DNA of 47,173 nucleotides, taken from Patescibacteria group bacterium (GTDB taxonomy: Bacteria; Patescibacteriota; Patescibacteriia; PEXW01). The notes under the pieces were generated by a model, which searched no databases, was not told the DNA's origin, and was given only the letters and a program-made list of their open reading frames with translations. The stretch is from NCBI GenBank assembly GCA_041665345.1, contig JBAYJA010000004.1:114122-161294 (forward strand), in the 5' to 3' direction. The position numbers and the translations under genes are program-made. This document shows positions 1 through 7,371 of this stretch, piece after piece (positions within the stretch are counted from its first letter, which is position 1; each line of letters begins with the position of its first letter).

Positions 1-128
1 TTCTTCCGTCTGGCGATATGATCCAAAACTCTCTGCCGGTGGAGCTGAATCTTTTTGGGATCAGGTTCCCCAGAACGTTTTCGTTCCTTCCTTTTCCATG
101 CTCTGCGCGTACTTTTTGATCGAGACAT
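1..128 (-). CDS. partial CDS (N-terminus only, continues past the window edge); very basic hypothetical protein
   Basis: ATG at 128-126 preceded by GAGGAGG (revcomp of 132-138). Frame stays open to position 1: MSRSKSTRRAWKRKERKRSGEPDPKKIQLHRQRVLDHIARRK. Too short in the window to appear in the ORF track. Confidence 0.5.
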   Translation of the reverse strand, partial: MSRSKSTRRAWKRKERKRSGEPDPKKIQLHRQRVLDHIARRK

Positions 129-165
129 TTTCCTCCTCGGTTTTTTCAATTTTCTATTTCAGCCG

Positions 166-195
166 AGTGTACGTTAAAAAACGTACCTTCGTCAA
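166..195 (-). promoter_or_regulatory. sigma70-like promoter for the leftward partial gene
   Basis: Minus strand reads TTGACG (190-195), 18-nt spacer, TACACT (166-171), about 35 nt upstream of the ATG at 128. Confidence 0.4.
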
Positions 196-452
196 GGGGG
201 GTGGGTAAGGTTTGGGTGTGGCAGCGTGTATGGTTGGAAGGTTGGGGTGTGGGATGGGTAGAGGGGAAGACGGTGAAAATTTGGTTTGATTTGAATAGAG
301 CATGTTCCATGTAGTACAGACTTCGGACCGGTAAGGGTTACTTCTCCTTACCCCGGGGTGCTTCCGATGGGTCGCACCCGCCTGCTGGCCCCCTTGGAAA
401 GGGGAGGACATCTATGAACAGGCTTTGGTCAGTAATAAACCTCTATCCTCCC

Positions 453-575
453 CCCTCTGTCATTCTGAGTCTGACGACCTGTCCGCCGAAGTTTCTGAAC
501 GTAGGCGGAAGAATCTCCGAAGTGTACCCACAGTCTGGGGATCCTTCATATGATTCAGGATGACAGAAAGGAGGG
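453..575. repeat. palindromic intergenic element (CTGTCATTCTGA ... TCAGGATGACAG arms)
   Basis: Arms 457-468 and 555-566 are inverted repeats (11/12). An internal hairpin TCCGCC...GGCGGA is present. The element abuts the stop of the GDPD gene. The CTGTCATT core recurs at 17619-17629 (reverse) and 38177-38187. Confidence 0.45.
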
Positions 576-576
576 C

Positions 577-1245
577 TTAAGAAACCCGGTCTGGAAAATC
601 CGTGGCTACCCCGTCAACGCCTAGGGCACGTAAAGCCGCAATGCGGGTGGGTGTATTTGGAGTCCAGGCAAAAATTTTCAAACCCATACCATGCGCACGC
701 TCTACCATGTGTCTCGTTATGATGGGGAAAAAAGCACAGATTGTCATTGCCTGCATACGACGTGCTCCCCTTTCCCAGCCCCACGGCCACCAAAAGACAA
801 AGCCCATCCTCGCCGCGGGTCTAAGCACACGATATGTTTGGAGGAAATGCGAATGAAAGGAGATGATAAGCAAGTCGTCTTCCCGTACATGCTCGGTCTG
901 TGCCACAATCTTCGCAACAGCCTCAGCACTCCCAAAACTTTTTAATTCTACATTAATGTAGACCTTTTTATCCACCAACCTGAAAACTTCCTCCAAGGTT
1001 GGGATTCGTTCCCCTTTACCCGCGTCCAGCTTTTGCAATTCTGCCAACGTCATGTCTGCCACTCGGCCATGGCCGTTGGTGGTTCGATCCACCGTCGCGT
1101 CGTGGATGACCACCACTTCCCCGGTCTTACACACGTGCACATCCAGCTCCACCATGTCGCAGCCCAGGTCGATGGCTCGCTGAAAAGACCGGAGCGTGTT
1201 CTCCGGTTCCAGACCTGCGGCGCCGCGATGGCCAATGGTGAGCAT
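577..1245 (-). CDS. glycerophosphodiester phosphodiesterase (GDPD family)
   Basis: IGHRGAAGLEPENTLRSF, ELDVHVCKTGEVVVIHD and NVELK motifs typical of UgpQ/GlpQ. Start moved from 1377 to the ATG at 1245 (MLTIGHRG). The 44 residues upstream have no homology character and contain the promoter. Confidence 0.85.
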   Translation of the reverse strand: MLTIGHRGAAGLEPENTLRSFQRAIDLGCDMVELDVHVCKTGEVVVIHDATVDRTTNGHGRVADMTLAELQKLDAGKGERIPTLEEVFRLVDKKVYINVELKSFGSAEAVAKIVAQTEHVREDDLLIISFHSHFLQTYRVLRPAARMGFVFWWPWGWERGARRMQAMTICAFFPIITRHMVERAHGMGLKIFAWTPNTPTRIAALRALGVDGVATDFPDRVS

Positions 1246-1251
1246 GAAAGT

Positions 1252-1281
1252 ATTGTAGCCTGAGCCGCATCTCACCGCCAA
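1252..1281 (-). promoter_or_regulatory. promoter placed for a leaderless GDPD transcript
   Basis: Minus strand reads TTGGCG (1276-1281), 18 nt, TACAAT (1252-1257), then 6 nt, then the ATG at 1245. No Shine-Dalgarno. Confidence 0.4.
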
Positions 1282-1369
1282 TCTCCAGTACCCTTGACCA
1301 TTTCCACTTTCCGTAGTACAAAGAACGTTCAGTAAAAAACAAAAAACTTGGACGTTGAAAGGATGCAAC

Positions 1370-1837
1370 ATGGACAACTTGGAAATATACCAAGCCTTCG
1401 AAAAAAAATGGTTCGCCCTCCCGCTGGGAAAAGTGATTGTGGCGAATCTTCCTCGAGATCGCCGAACCTACACAGTCGCTTTCGCCTGCGGCAACCTTCG
1501 GCTCATATCCTCTTTGATTCTTAGCTCGCATGGTACCGTGTCGGAAGAGGTAACCCTGGTGGATATTGCGCAGCCCGTCGCCACGGACCGGGTACTGCTG
1601 CACGATAGAACCTTTGTGGGTCTGCCCACCCTGCTCATTGAATTGCCTAGTCTGGACCACATGATTCGGACAGGGCAAGGCGCGCCGCACGATCTGTGCC
1701 TGGAGCGCATGCACTTCAAGTTACTCTGGTTAAAAAGTAATCCAGAGCAATCGGAGGCATTTCTCCGTTCCCTCAAGCCCCATACGGAAACCGTGGGCAC
1801 CCTCTCTGCCTGGCGCACTGCCTACACAAAGGCGTAA
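1370..1837 (+). CDS. hypothetical protein (155 aa)
   Basis: AAAGGA 6 nt before the ATG at 1370, and a plus-strand rho-independent terminator follows the stop. The competing minus-strand ORFs overlap the GDPD gene. Confidence 0.55.
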   Translation: MDNLEIYQAFEKKWFALPLGKVIVANLPRDRRTYTVAFACGNLRLISSLILSSHGTVSEEVTLVDIAQPVATDRVLLHDRTFVGLPTLLIELPSLDHMIRTGQGAPHDLCLERMHFKLLWLKSNPEQSEAFLRSLKPHTETVGTLSAWRTAYTKA

Positions 1838-1854
1838 CAAAAAAAGTTCCTCCA

Positions 1855-1882
1855 GCAGCACCCCCAAAGGTGCTGCTTTTTT
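1855..1882 (+). terminator. rho-independent terminator
   Basis: GCAGCACC / GGTGCTGC stem followed by TTTTTT. Confidence 0.7.
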
Positions 1883-1885
1883 ATA

Positions 1886-1914
1886 ATGACAGAATTCCCT
1901 TTGTGTCGTACAAT
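1886..1914 (+). promoter_or_regulatory. promoter placed for a leaderless recombinase transcript
   Basis: ATGACA (1886-1891), 17 nt, TACAAT (1909-1914), then 7 nt to the ATG at 1922. No Shine-Dalgarno. Confidence 0.45.
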
Positions 1915-1921
1915 ATCAGAC

Positions 1922-2866
1922 ATGGCCGTCCCCATAAAAAAACTCCTTACTGACTTCCTGGAGTATTTGGAAGTGGAGAAGAATGTCTCACCGCTTACCG
2001 TGCGGAACTACGGCTTCTACCTCAAACGATTTGTAGATTCAGCCAAGCTGGAAAAACCCACCGATGTCACTATCGAAAAAGTGCGGCAGTTCCGGCTTTT
2101 CCTCAACCGCCAGCTGAACCACCAAAAAGAAGTATTGAAAGCCAGTACTCGGAATTATCACTTGATTGCGCTGCGCGCATTTTTGAAGTACCTGGCCAAA
2201 CGGGATGTCCCCAGTCTGGCTGCAGAGAAAGTGGAGCTTGCCAAGCAGACCGAGCGGCAGGTGAGCTTTTTGGAAGGGACGGACTTGGAGCGATTCTTGG
2301 AAGCACCGTTGAAATTGGAACAGCCGGATTTGCTGAAGGCCCGGGACAAGGCGATTCTGGAACTCCTCTTCTCCACTGGCTTGCGCGTTTCAGAACTGGC
2401 GAATCTAAAGAAGGATGGGATCAATTTGGAGAAAGACGAGTTTACGGTTCGCGGCAAAGGCGGGAAGCTCCGCATTGTCTTCCTCTCCCACAATGCCCGG
2501 CACTGGGTAGGCGCATATTTGAAAGCCCGGAATGATGACGAGCCGTGGATTTTCCTACGGCATGACCGCGCCATCAAACGCTCCGGCGCAGAACACAAAC
2601 CCTTGACCTCCCGATCCATTCAACGGTTGGTGCAGCACTACGCCACCGTGGCCGGCATTACCAAACGAATTACCCCGCACACGCTCCGGCACTCCTACGC
2701 CACCGACCTGCTCATGAATGGGGCGGACATTCGGAGTGTGCAATCCATGCTGGGACACGCCAGCATTACGACCACGCAAATTTACACCCACGTCACCAAC
2801 CAGCAGCTCCGCGAAGTGTACCAGGCCTACCACGGCCGGCGCCGGAAGAAAGACTCGTCCAAATAA
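1922..2866 (+). CDS. tyrosine site-specific recombinase, XerC/XerD-like
   Basis: C-terminal HTLRHSYATDLLMNGADIRSVQSMLGHASITTTQIYTHV (R-H-R-Y catalytic signature region). N-terminal SAM-like LTDFLEYLEVEKNVSPLTVRNY. Start chosen at MAVPIKK (1922) rather than 1886. Confidence 0.85.
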   Translation: MAVPIKKLLTDFLEYLEVEKNVSPLTVRNYGFYLKRFVDSAKLEKPTDVTIEKVRQFRLFLNRQLNHQKEVLKASTRNYHLIALRAFLKYLAKRDVPSLAAEKVELAKQTERQVSFLEGTDLERFLEAPLKLEQPDLLKARDKAILELLFSTGLRVSELANLKKDGINLEKDEFTVRGKGGKLRIVFLSHNARHWVGAYLKARNDDEPWIFLRHDRAIKRSGAEHKPLTSRSIQRLVQHYATVAGITKRITPHTLRHSYATDLLMNGADIRSVQSMLGHASITTTQIYTHVTNQQLREVYQAYHGRRRKKDSSK

Positions 2867-2873
2867 CTCCCTT

Positions 2874-3977
2874 ATGAAATACCTCATGATCGTGTTCATC
2901 GTTGCTGCCACTGTCATTATCATTGCCGGACATGGGCTGCTCTTCGTCTCGTGGGTGAAGTTTTTTCACATCACCTCGCACAGTCTCAAACTCTGGCTGG
3001 GTATTGCGTTGGGCATACTGAGCATCAGCTTCTTGGTGACCATCCTATTGGTACACGCTGTGGAGACGCAGTACACGGACGCACTGTACGCCGGTGCCTC
3101 GGCCTGGCTGGGTTTTGTGTGGTACGCCGCGTTAGCTGTTGCACTCACCTGGGCGCTCATTGGTTTGGCAAAATTGGCGCAGGTGAACCTGCCCATTAGT
3201 ACAATCTCCGCCATACTCCTGGTCATCGCTTTGGGCGTGAGTGTGTACGGCGTCTGGAATGCCTTTCACCCAGTGGTCACGCGCATAACCGTTCGTTTGC
3301 CCAACCTGCCCGAAACATGGAAAGGCCGGGTGGCTGTGCAACTCTCCGACATTCACCTGGGACCCATTCACCGTAAGAGCTTTTTGGATGACGTGCTCGC
3401 CCTGACGAAAAAAGAAAACCCCGACATTGTTTTTGTGACTGGTGATCTATTTGATGGCGGCGGCGCAGATATAGCAAACCTCCCCCTTGCCTTCAATACC
3501 CTTACCCCACCGCTTGGTACGTTCTTCAATACCGGGAACCACGAACAGTACCTGGGCTTGGAAAAATCCTTGGCTGCCATTGCAAAAACCAACTTGCGCG
3601 TGTTGCGAAACGAAATTGTGGATGCGGATGGAATGCAAATTGCCGGGCTGGATTACGCCGACACGCCGGATCGTACGGCAATCCAGAGTGTCCTGGCCAA
3701 GCGGGATACCACCGCCCCACTCATTGCCCTGTACCACGTCCCAATACTGCGTGACCTCTTCCAGGAAAATGGCGTGAACCTGCAACTCTCTGGCCATACG
3801 CACAAAGGCCAGCTCTGGCCCTTTGGGATTATTACCAAATGGGTGTACCAGGGGAAGGACATTGGCTTGCACACCGATGGCGAGTACAACATTTACACTT
3901 CAACCGGTGTTGGCACCTGGGGCCCGCCCATGCGCACGGGTAATCGACCAGAAATTGTAGTGATAAGATTTGAGTAG
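2874..3977 (+). CDS. membrane-anchored metallophosphoesterase (calcineurin-like)
   Basis: Several N-terminal TM helices, then SDIHLG, GDLFDGG, GNHE and GHTH motifs. Start moved to the ATG at 2874 (MKYLMIV), 5 nt after the recombinase stop. Confidence 0.8.
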   Translation: MKYLMIVFIVAATVIIIAGHGLLFVSWVKFFHITSHSLKLWLGIALGILSISFLVTILLVHAVETQYTDALYAGASAWLGFVWYAALAVALTWALIGLAKLAQVNLPISTISAILLVIALGVSVYGVWNAFHPVVTRITVRLPNLPETWKGRVAVQLSDIHLGPIHRKSFLDDVLALTKKENPDIVFVTGDLFDGGGADIANLPLAFNTLTPPLGTFFNTGNHEQYLGLEKSLAAIAKTNLRVLRNEIVDADGMQIAGLDYADTPDRTAIQSVLAKRDTTAPLIALYHVPILRDLFQENGVNLQLSGHTHKGQLWPFGIITKWVYQGKDIGLHTDGEYNIYTSTGVGTWGPPMRTGNRPEIVVIRFE

Positions 3978-3980
3978 TGG

Positions 3981-4009
3981 TTGACGTGCAGAGCAATCCA
4001 ACGTAGTAT
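3981..4009 (+). promoter_or_regulatory. sigma70-like promoter driving the tRNA-Arg / tRNA-derived array
   Basis: TTGACG (3981-3986), 17 nt, TAGTAT (4004-4009). The first tRNA-like unit starts at 4019. Confidence 0.55.
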
Positions 4010-4018
4010 GAGCAACTT

Positions 4019-4398
4019 GCCCCGGTAGTTCAACCCCGACGTTTGCGCAGCGCAAAGTCGGGGCTCCGACGCCAAAGGCCGTCGGAGCGGATAGAACCGT
4101 GGACTTCCCCGCCCGACTCGCCTGACGCCCTTGTAGTTTCCGGCGGAGCCGGATCCCCCGCCTCCCGAAGCCGTGCGGCGGGCAGGCGCTTCTGCGGGAC
4201 AATAGAGAAACCACGGACTTCCCCGCTTGCCTTGTTCGCCCCTGTAGCTCAACGGATCAGAGCAAGGGACTTCTAAGCCCGAGATGCACGTTCGATTCGT
4301 GCCAGGGGCACCAAGGCAAGCGGGGCAGGTAAGCCGGTTGTTGGGTTTCCGGCGTAGCCGGACCCCGCTACGCGGGGCAATTCCCTCCCGGGGCACCA
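4019..4398 (+). ncRNA. GC-rich structured array of tRNA-derived units (~110-nt period) enclosing one intact tRNA
   Basis: tRNA 5' starts recur at 4019 (GCCCCGGTAGTTCAAC), 4127 (GCCCTTGTAGTTTC) and 4238 (GCCCCTGTAGCTCAAC). The spacer ATAGA..GGACTTCCCCGC recurs at 4091-4112 and 4202-4226. Positions 4019-4025 pair perfectly with 4388-4394, followed by ACCA. No credible ORF. Confidence 0.6.
4238..4313 (+). tRNA. tRNA-Arg (anticodon TCT), CCA encoded
   Basis: 7-bp acceptor GCCCCTG/CAGGGGC. D arm GCTC-AACGGATCA-GAGC. Anticodon loop CTTCTAA. T arm GCACG-TTCGATT-CGTGC. Discriminator A plus CCA. The anticodon stem has only 3 G-C pairs, flanked by two A-G mismatches. Confidence 0.8.
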
Positions 4399-4413
4399 CC
4401 TATTCTGGACGAG

Positions 4414-4431
4414 TTCTGAAGGTGTACCTAA
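4414..4431 (+). repeat. left direct repeat bounding the AT-richer cassette
   Basis: TTCTGAAGGTGTACCTAA. Its partner at 7174-7192 is TTCTGAAAGGTATACCTAA (one indel, one substitution). Confidence 0.75.
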
Positions 4432-4471
4432 TATTGTATGTTTGTCTAAAGACCTAACACTAAATAGAAAA

Positions 4472-5542
4472 ATGGGAATTCAAGCACATAAAAAAACTCT
4501 CCCTTTGTTGACCGGGAATCTAGACGGCCTCAATCACTCGAAGTTACCGATACAAAATTGGGAATTTGTAGAAGCACGGTCATCTATCCGCGCTGCGCTT
4601 CGGTTCTTATTAGGAAAGCAACGATCGGACGGATCATGGCGCGATTTTAACGTCTTATTTGGTGAATCTTCTTCTTGGGTCACTGCATGTGTTCTCATCT
4701 CGCTTAGCGACACTCCTTCGTATGTACCTCGGGCTGACTTAGCCGGCGTTAAGGCCAAAGCACTTCAATTTCTTCGTTCGAGCTGCAAACCAACAGGCGG
4801 TTGGGGCTATAATGAAAATCCGATTGTTCCAGATGATTGTGATTCTACTGCCCATGCGATTCTCGCGTTCCGAATGAATGATCAGATGGTACCAAATCGT
4901 AACATAAGACGACTTGAGGAATTTGAGATCGAACCCGGTCATTTTGTCACATTCCTTAATCGAAAGGAAGGCCATTCTTGGGGTTTAACACATTCCGAAG
5001 TTGGGGCTATTGCAACAATCGCATTAGGTGGGTCTTCACGAGTTAGGGGACTGGCTGAGAAACTTGAATATGATCTGGACAGATTTGGCTCCTGGCCCAG
5101 TTTTTGGTGGCGCAAACCACTATATTCGACATATGCATGTTCTTGGTTCCTTTCGCATTTTGGAATTTGTTGTAGGTCTTTATCAGATCGTAGCGAGCAG
5201 TTGGCAGATACGCTGAGCAGTAGATCACCCTTGGAAGCAGCATTCTCAGGGCTTGCGGCGTATCAACTTGGCCATCACCAATTCGTGAAGAAAGCCTTTC
5301 GATACCTTATACGCAATCAGAAATCGGACGGATCTTGGGAATCATCAAGGCTCTTGCGTAATACCGATTCAGATCAAACTTCGAATTGGCTAAACACCGG
5401 TAAGGTTCGAGGCAAGTTGTATCACGATCAAAATAAAGTTTTTACAACATCTACAATCACACGATTTCTTATGACTGTAATCACCGAAGTACAACCATGT
5501 GACTATTCGATGTCGGCCTTTGAAGCTCATAATGTTCTATAA
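4472..5542 (+). CDS. prenyltransferase / squalene-cyclase-repeat protein (class II terpene cyclase-like, single alpha/alpha barrel)
   Basis: QW-type repeats QRSDGSW and QKSDGSW. GGWGYN followed by PDDCDSTA in the position of the GGW...DxDDTA motif. The ATG at 4472 is preferred over the TTG at 4442. Confidence 0.7.
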   Translation: MGIQAHKKTLPLLTGNLDGLNHSKLPIQNWEFVEARSSIRAALRFLLGKQRSDGSWRDFNVLFGESSSWVTACVLISLSDTPSYVPRADLAGVKAKALQFLRSSCKPTGGWGYNENPIVPDDCDSTAHAILAFRMNDQMVPNRNIRRLEEFEIEPGHFVTFLNRKEGHSWGLTHSEVGAIATIALGGSSRVRGLAEKLEYDLDRFGSWPSFWWRKPLYSTYACSWFLSHFGICCRSLSDRSEQLADTLSSRSPLEAAFSGLAAYQLGHHQFVKKAFRYLIRNQKSDGSWESSRLLRNTDSDQTSNWLNTGKVRGKLYHDQNKVFTTSTITRFLMTVITEVQPCDYSMSAFEAHNVL

Positions 5543-5553
5543 ACTTCTATAGT

Positions 5554-6588
5554 TCATTGATAGCCTGCAGCAATGAACTCATTCTGATCCCAGCAAGCTC
5601 GCTGCCGAATCCACTCGCAAAAAGCCCTGAGTTGCTCGCGTGTGCTGCCCGGCGAGAATTCAGCAAGCAGCCTCAAAGTCAACTCGAATTGTTTTTCAGC
5701 TCTCTGAAGCGCTGTTACCTGAACTTTCAATTCTCTCAATAATTGAGCAATCTGCCCTCCCGTCTTGGAGTCACACGTCTTTCCAATCGCGCCCAAAACT
5801 AGACTTCGCTCTGACGTGCTCGCTGAATCCAAAGCCACAGCGATCGGCAGGCTGAGATTTACCACATAGGAACTAGGCGCTTTTCGTCGCACCGAACTTT
5901 CCCCAGATTCATCGTATACATCATTATACATCTGATACGTCTTGCCAATTTCATTACCCAATGTCGCATAGCGAGTTACTGAATCACTATCGAAGCGCTG
6001 TAGACGAGCTGCGGCTATAAAGACAAAACGAAATAACGCGGATGTCTTCTGAAGTACCACTGACTCATAGAGTTCGACATATGATCCTCGAGGGGAAACA
6101 TACCCAACGTCGGCAAGTTCTCCAGTTGACATGCGGCGTATGGCGTGTCCGAACTCTGCGGCTAGATCTAATTTGTGGCTCTTATCTACTTTGTGCAGCC
6201 GAAGTATCGACTCTCCCAACAAGAGGGGAATGAGCAAGTTCGTTGCTTTGTTACCGTGCTGTTGGTGAAAGGTCTGATGCCCACGTCGGATGACATCCTC
6301 GTCAATTAAATCATCGAGAATGATTGATCCACGATGACACAATTCGATCACGGTCGCCAATTCTCCTGCTATCAGGTCATTTGACACGGTGTTCTTCTCA
6401 AGAAGCAGCATAAAGGTAAGTGGGCGCAATCTCCTGCCGGGGAAAAGAGCATCTCGCAGCAGTCCACGAAGCACAGAATCGCTTGTCGCCATAACGAAGT
6501 GATTCAAATTCTCATCAACTAACGATTGCACCTGACGGCGCGTCGAACGAGATAGAAACGAATCTATAGTGAGCTGCGGTTGGGACAT
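5554..6588 (-). CDS. polyprenyl (isoprenyl) diphosphate synthase-like protein
   Basis: GRRLRP, first Asp-rich motif ILDDLIDEDVIRRG, KTSALF, and second motif GKTYQMYNDVYD (N replaces the first Asp). Convergent with the cyclase-like gene, with an 11-nt gap. Confidence 0.8.
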   Translation of the reverse strand: MSQPQLTIDSFLSRSTRRQVQSLVDENLNHFVMATSDSVLRGLLRDALFPGRRLRPLTFMLLLEKNTVSNDLIAGELATVIELCHRGSIILDDLIDEDVIRRGHQTFHQQHGNKATNLLIPLLLGESILRLHKVDKSHKLDLAAEFGHAIRRMSTGELADVGYVSPRGSYVELYESVVLQKTSALFRFVFIAAARLQRFDSDSVTRYATLGNEIGKTYQMYNDVYDESGESSVRRKAPSSYVVNLSLPIAVALDSASTSERSLVLGAIGKTCDSKTGGQIAQLLRELKVQVTALQRAEKQFELTLRLLAEFSPGSTREQLRAFCEWIRQRACWDQNEFIAAGYQ

Positions 6589-6842
6589 ATTACAATACTA
6601 CCCCTTTGTCGTTAGCTGGCACAAGGACAAACCCCATCTGCATGTGGCTTCAGTAACTTACTGTGCCACAACCGCTCAGACAAGTGTACAGAGCCTCTAC
6701 GCTCCTTCCCAATTTTCCTTCCCCCAGAAACACCAGCTTCTTTATTTTTTTGCAGAAGCTCTTTGAACGTGAGTATGCCAGGATTATTCTGGTAGAAGGT
6801 TCAAACGTCGTGTATCAGGGCGCACCACCACAATAAAGCCTC

Positions 6843-6871
6843 TTGACGATATATCGTATATGATATATAGT
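6843..6871 (+). promoter_or_regulatory. promoter with overlapping palindrome (possible XRE operator)
   Basis: TTGACG (6843-6848), 17 nt, TATAGT (6866-6871). The perfect 10-bp palindrome CGATATATCG (6847-6856) overlaps the -35/spacer. Confidence 0.45.
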
Positions 6872-6892
6872 AGTTGTTGCGTAGACTATTTT

Positions 6893-7159
6893 ATGAATAA
6901 GAATAACTATCTCTACAAATTGCAAAAAAATAAGGAGTATAAGAAACTTCTTAAAGAAGAGAAGGATCTACTTGATATTGCTTTGCAGATTTCCCAAACA
7001 CGAAGGAAGCGTAAAATTACTCAGGTGCAATTGGCAAAAAGAGCTGGCATGCCCCAAAGTCAAATTGCAAGAATTGAAAGTGGGAATCATAACGTGACTA
7101 TCGGGACTCTAAATAGGGTTGCGGGTGCATTGAACTTACGAGTGGTTGTTGGAGAGTAG
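6893..7159 (+). CDS. XRE-family helix-turn-helix transcriptional regulator (88 aa)
   Basis: ITQVQLAKRAGMPQSQIARIESGNHNVTIGTLNRVAGAL is a classic HTH_3/Cro-C1 motif. Start moved to the ATG at 6893, because 6860 lies inside the promoter. Confidence 0.8.
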   Translation: MNKNNYLYKLQKNKEYKKLLKEEKDLLDIALQISQTRRKRKITQVQLAKRAGMPQSQIARIESGNHNVTIGTLNRVAGALNLRVVVGE

Positions 7160-7173
7160 TACGCTGGCATTCA

Positions 7174-7192
7174 TTCTGAAAGGTATACCTAA
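7174..7192 (+). repeat. right direct repeat bounding the AT-richer cassette
   Basis: TTCTGAAAGGTATACCTAA, 15 nt after the XRE stop. Partner of 4414-4431. Confidence 0.75.
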
Positions 7193-7371
7193 ACTTCCTC
7201 TACTTACTTTGAGGAATTTTACGTATTCACAGATTGAACGCAAAAAAACAAAGGTATGTTATGATTTCCAAAAATCAGCTTTTTTAGTCAGCCTTGACAA
7301 CGTTACCAATTTGGTATAAGTTCGTATTTGGACATACACAGACACTCACATTACAACCCAAGGAGGAAATT

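Noticed and set aside
4019-4398. RNase P RNA on the minus strand (GGGGAAGTCCGTGG and AACCGGCTTACC resemble the two strands of helix P4)
   Set aside because: The CR-V-like string would precede the CR-I-like string, which is the wrong order. GGAAGTCC occurs twice as part of the repeat unit. A plus-strand tRNA with encoded CCA sits in the middle. The only promoter found reads the plus strand.
4019-4398. tmRNA (acceptor-like ends plus ACCA, about 380 nt)
   Set aside because: There is no G3-U70 pair (positions 1-3 pair as G-C, C-G, C-G). There is no convincing T arm before the 3' acceptor strand. There is no tag reading frame ending in a hydrophobic tail.
3893-4399. ORFs across the tRNA-Arg array (168 aa and 104 aa on the minus strand, 77 aa on the plus strand)
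   Set aside because: They overlap an intact tRNA and run through perfect hairpins. The translations are Arg/Gly/Pro-rich low-complexity sequence typical of GC-rich non-coding DNA. They have no Shine-Dalgarno sites.
6657-6834. Possible RelE/HigB-type toxin remnant upstream of the XRE gene (frame ending ...EREYARIILVEGSNVVYQGAPPQ)
   Set aside because: The 59-codon frame has no ATG, GTG or TTG start with a ribosome-binding site. The resemblance to toxin C-termini is vague. The XRE gene is treated as a stand-alone regulator.
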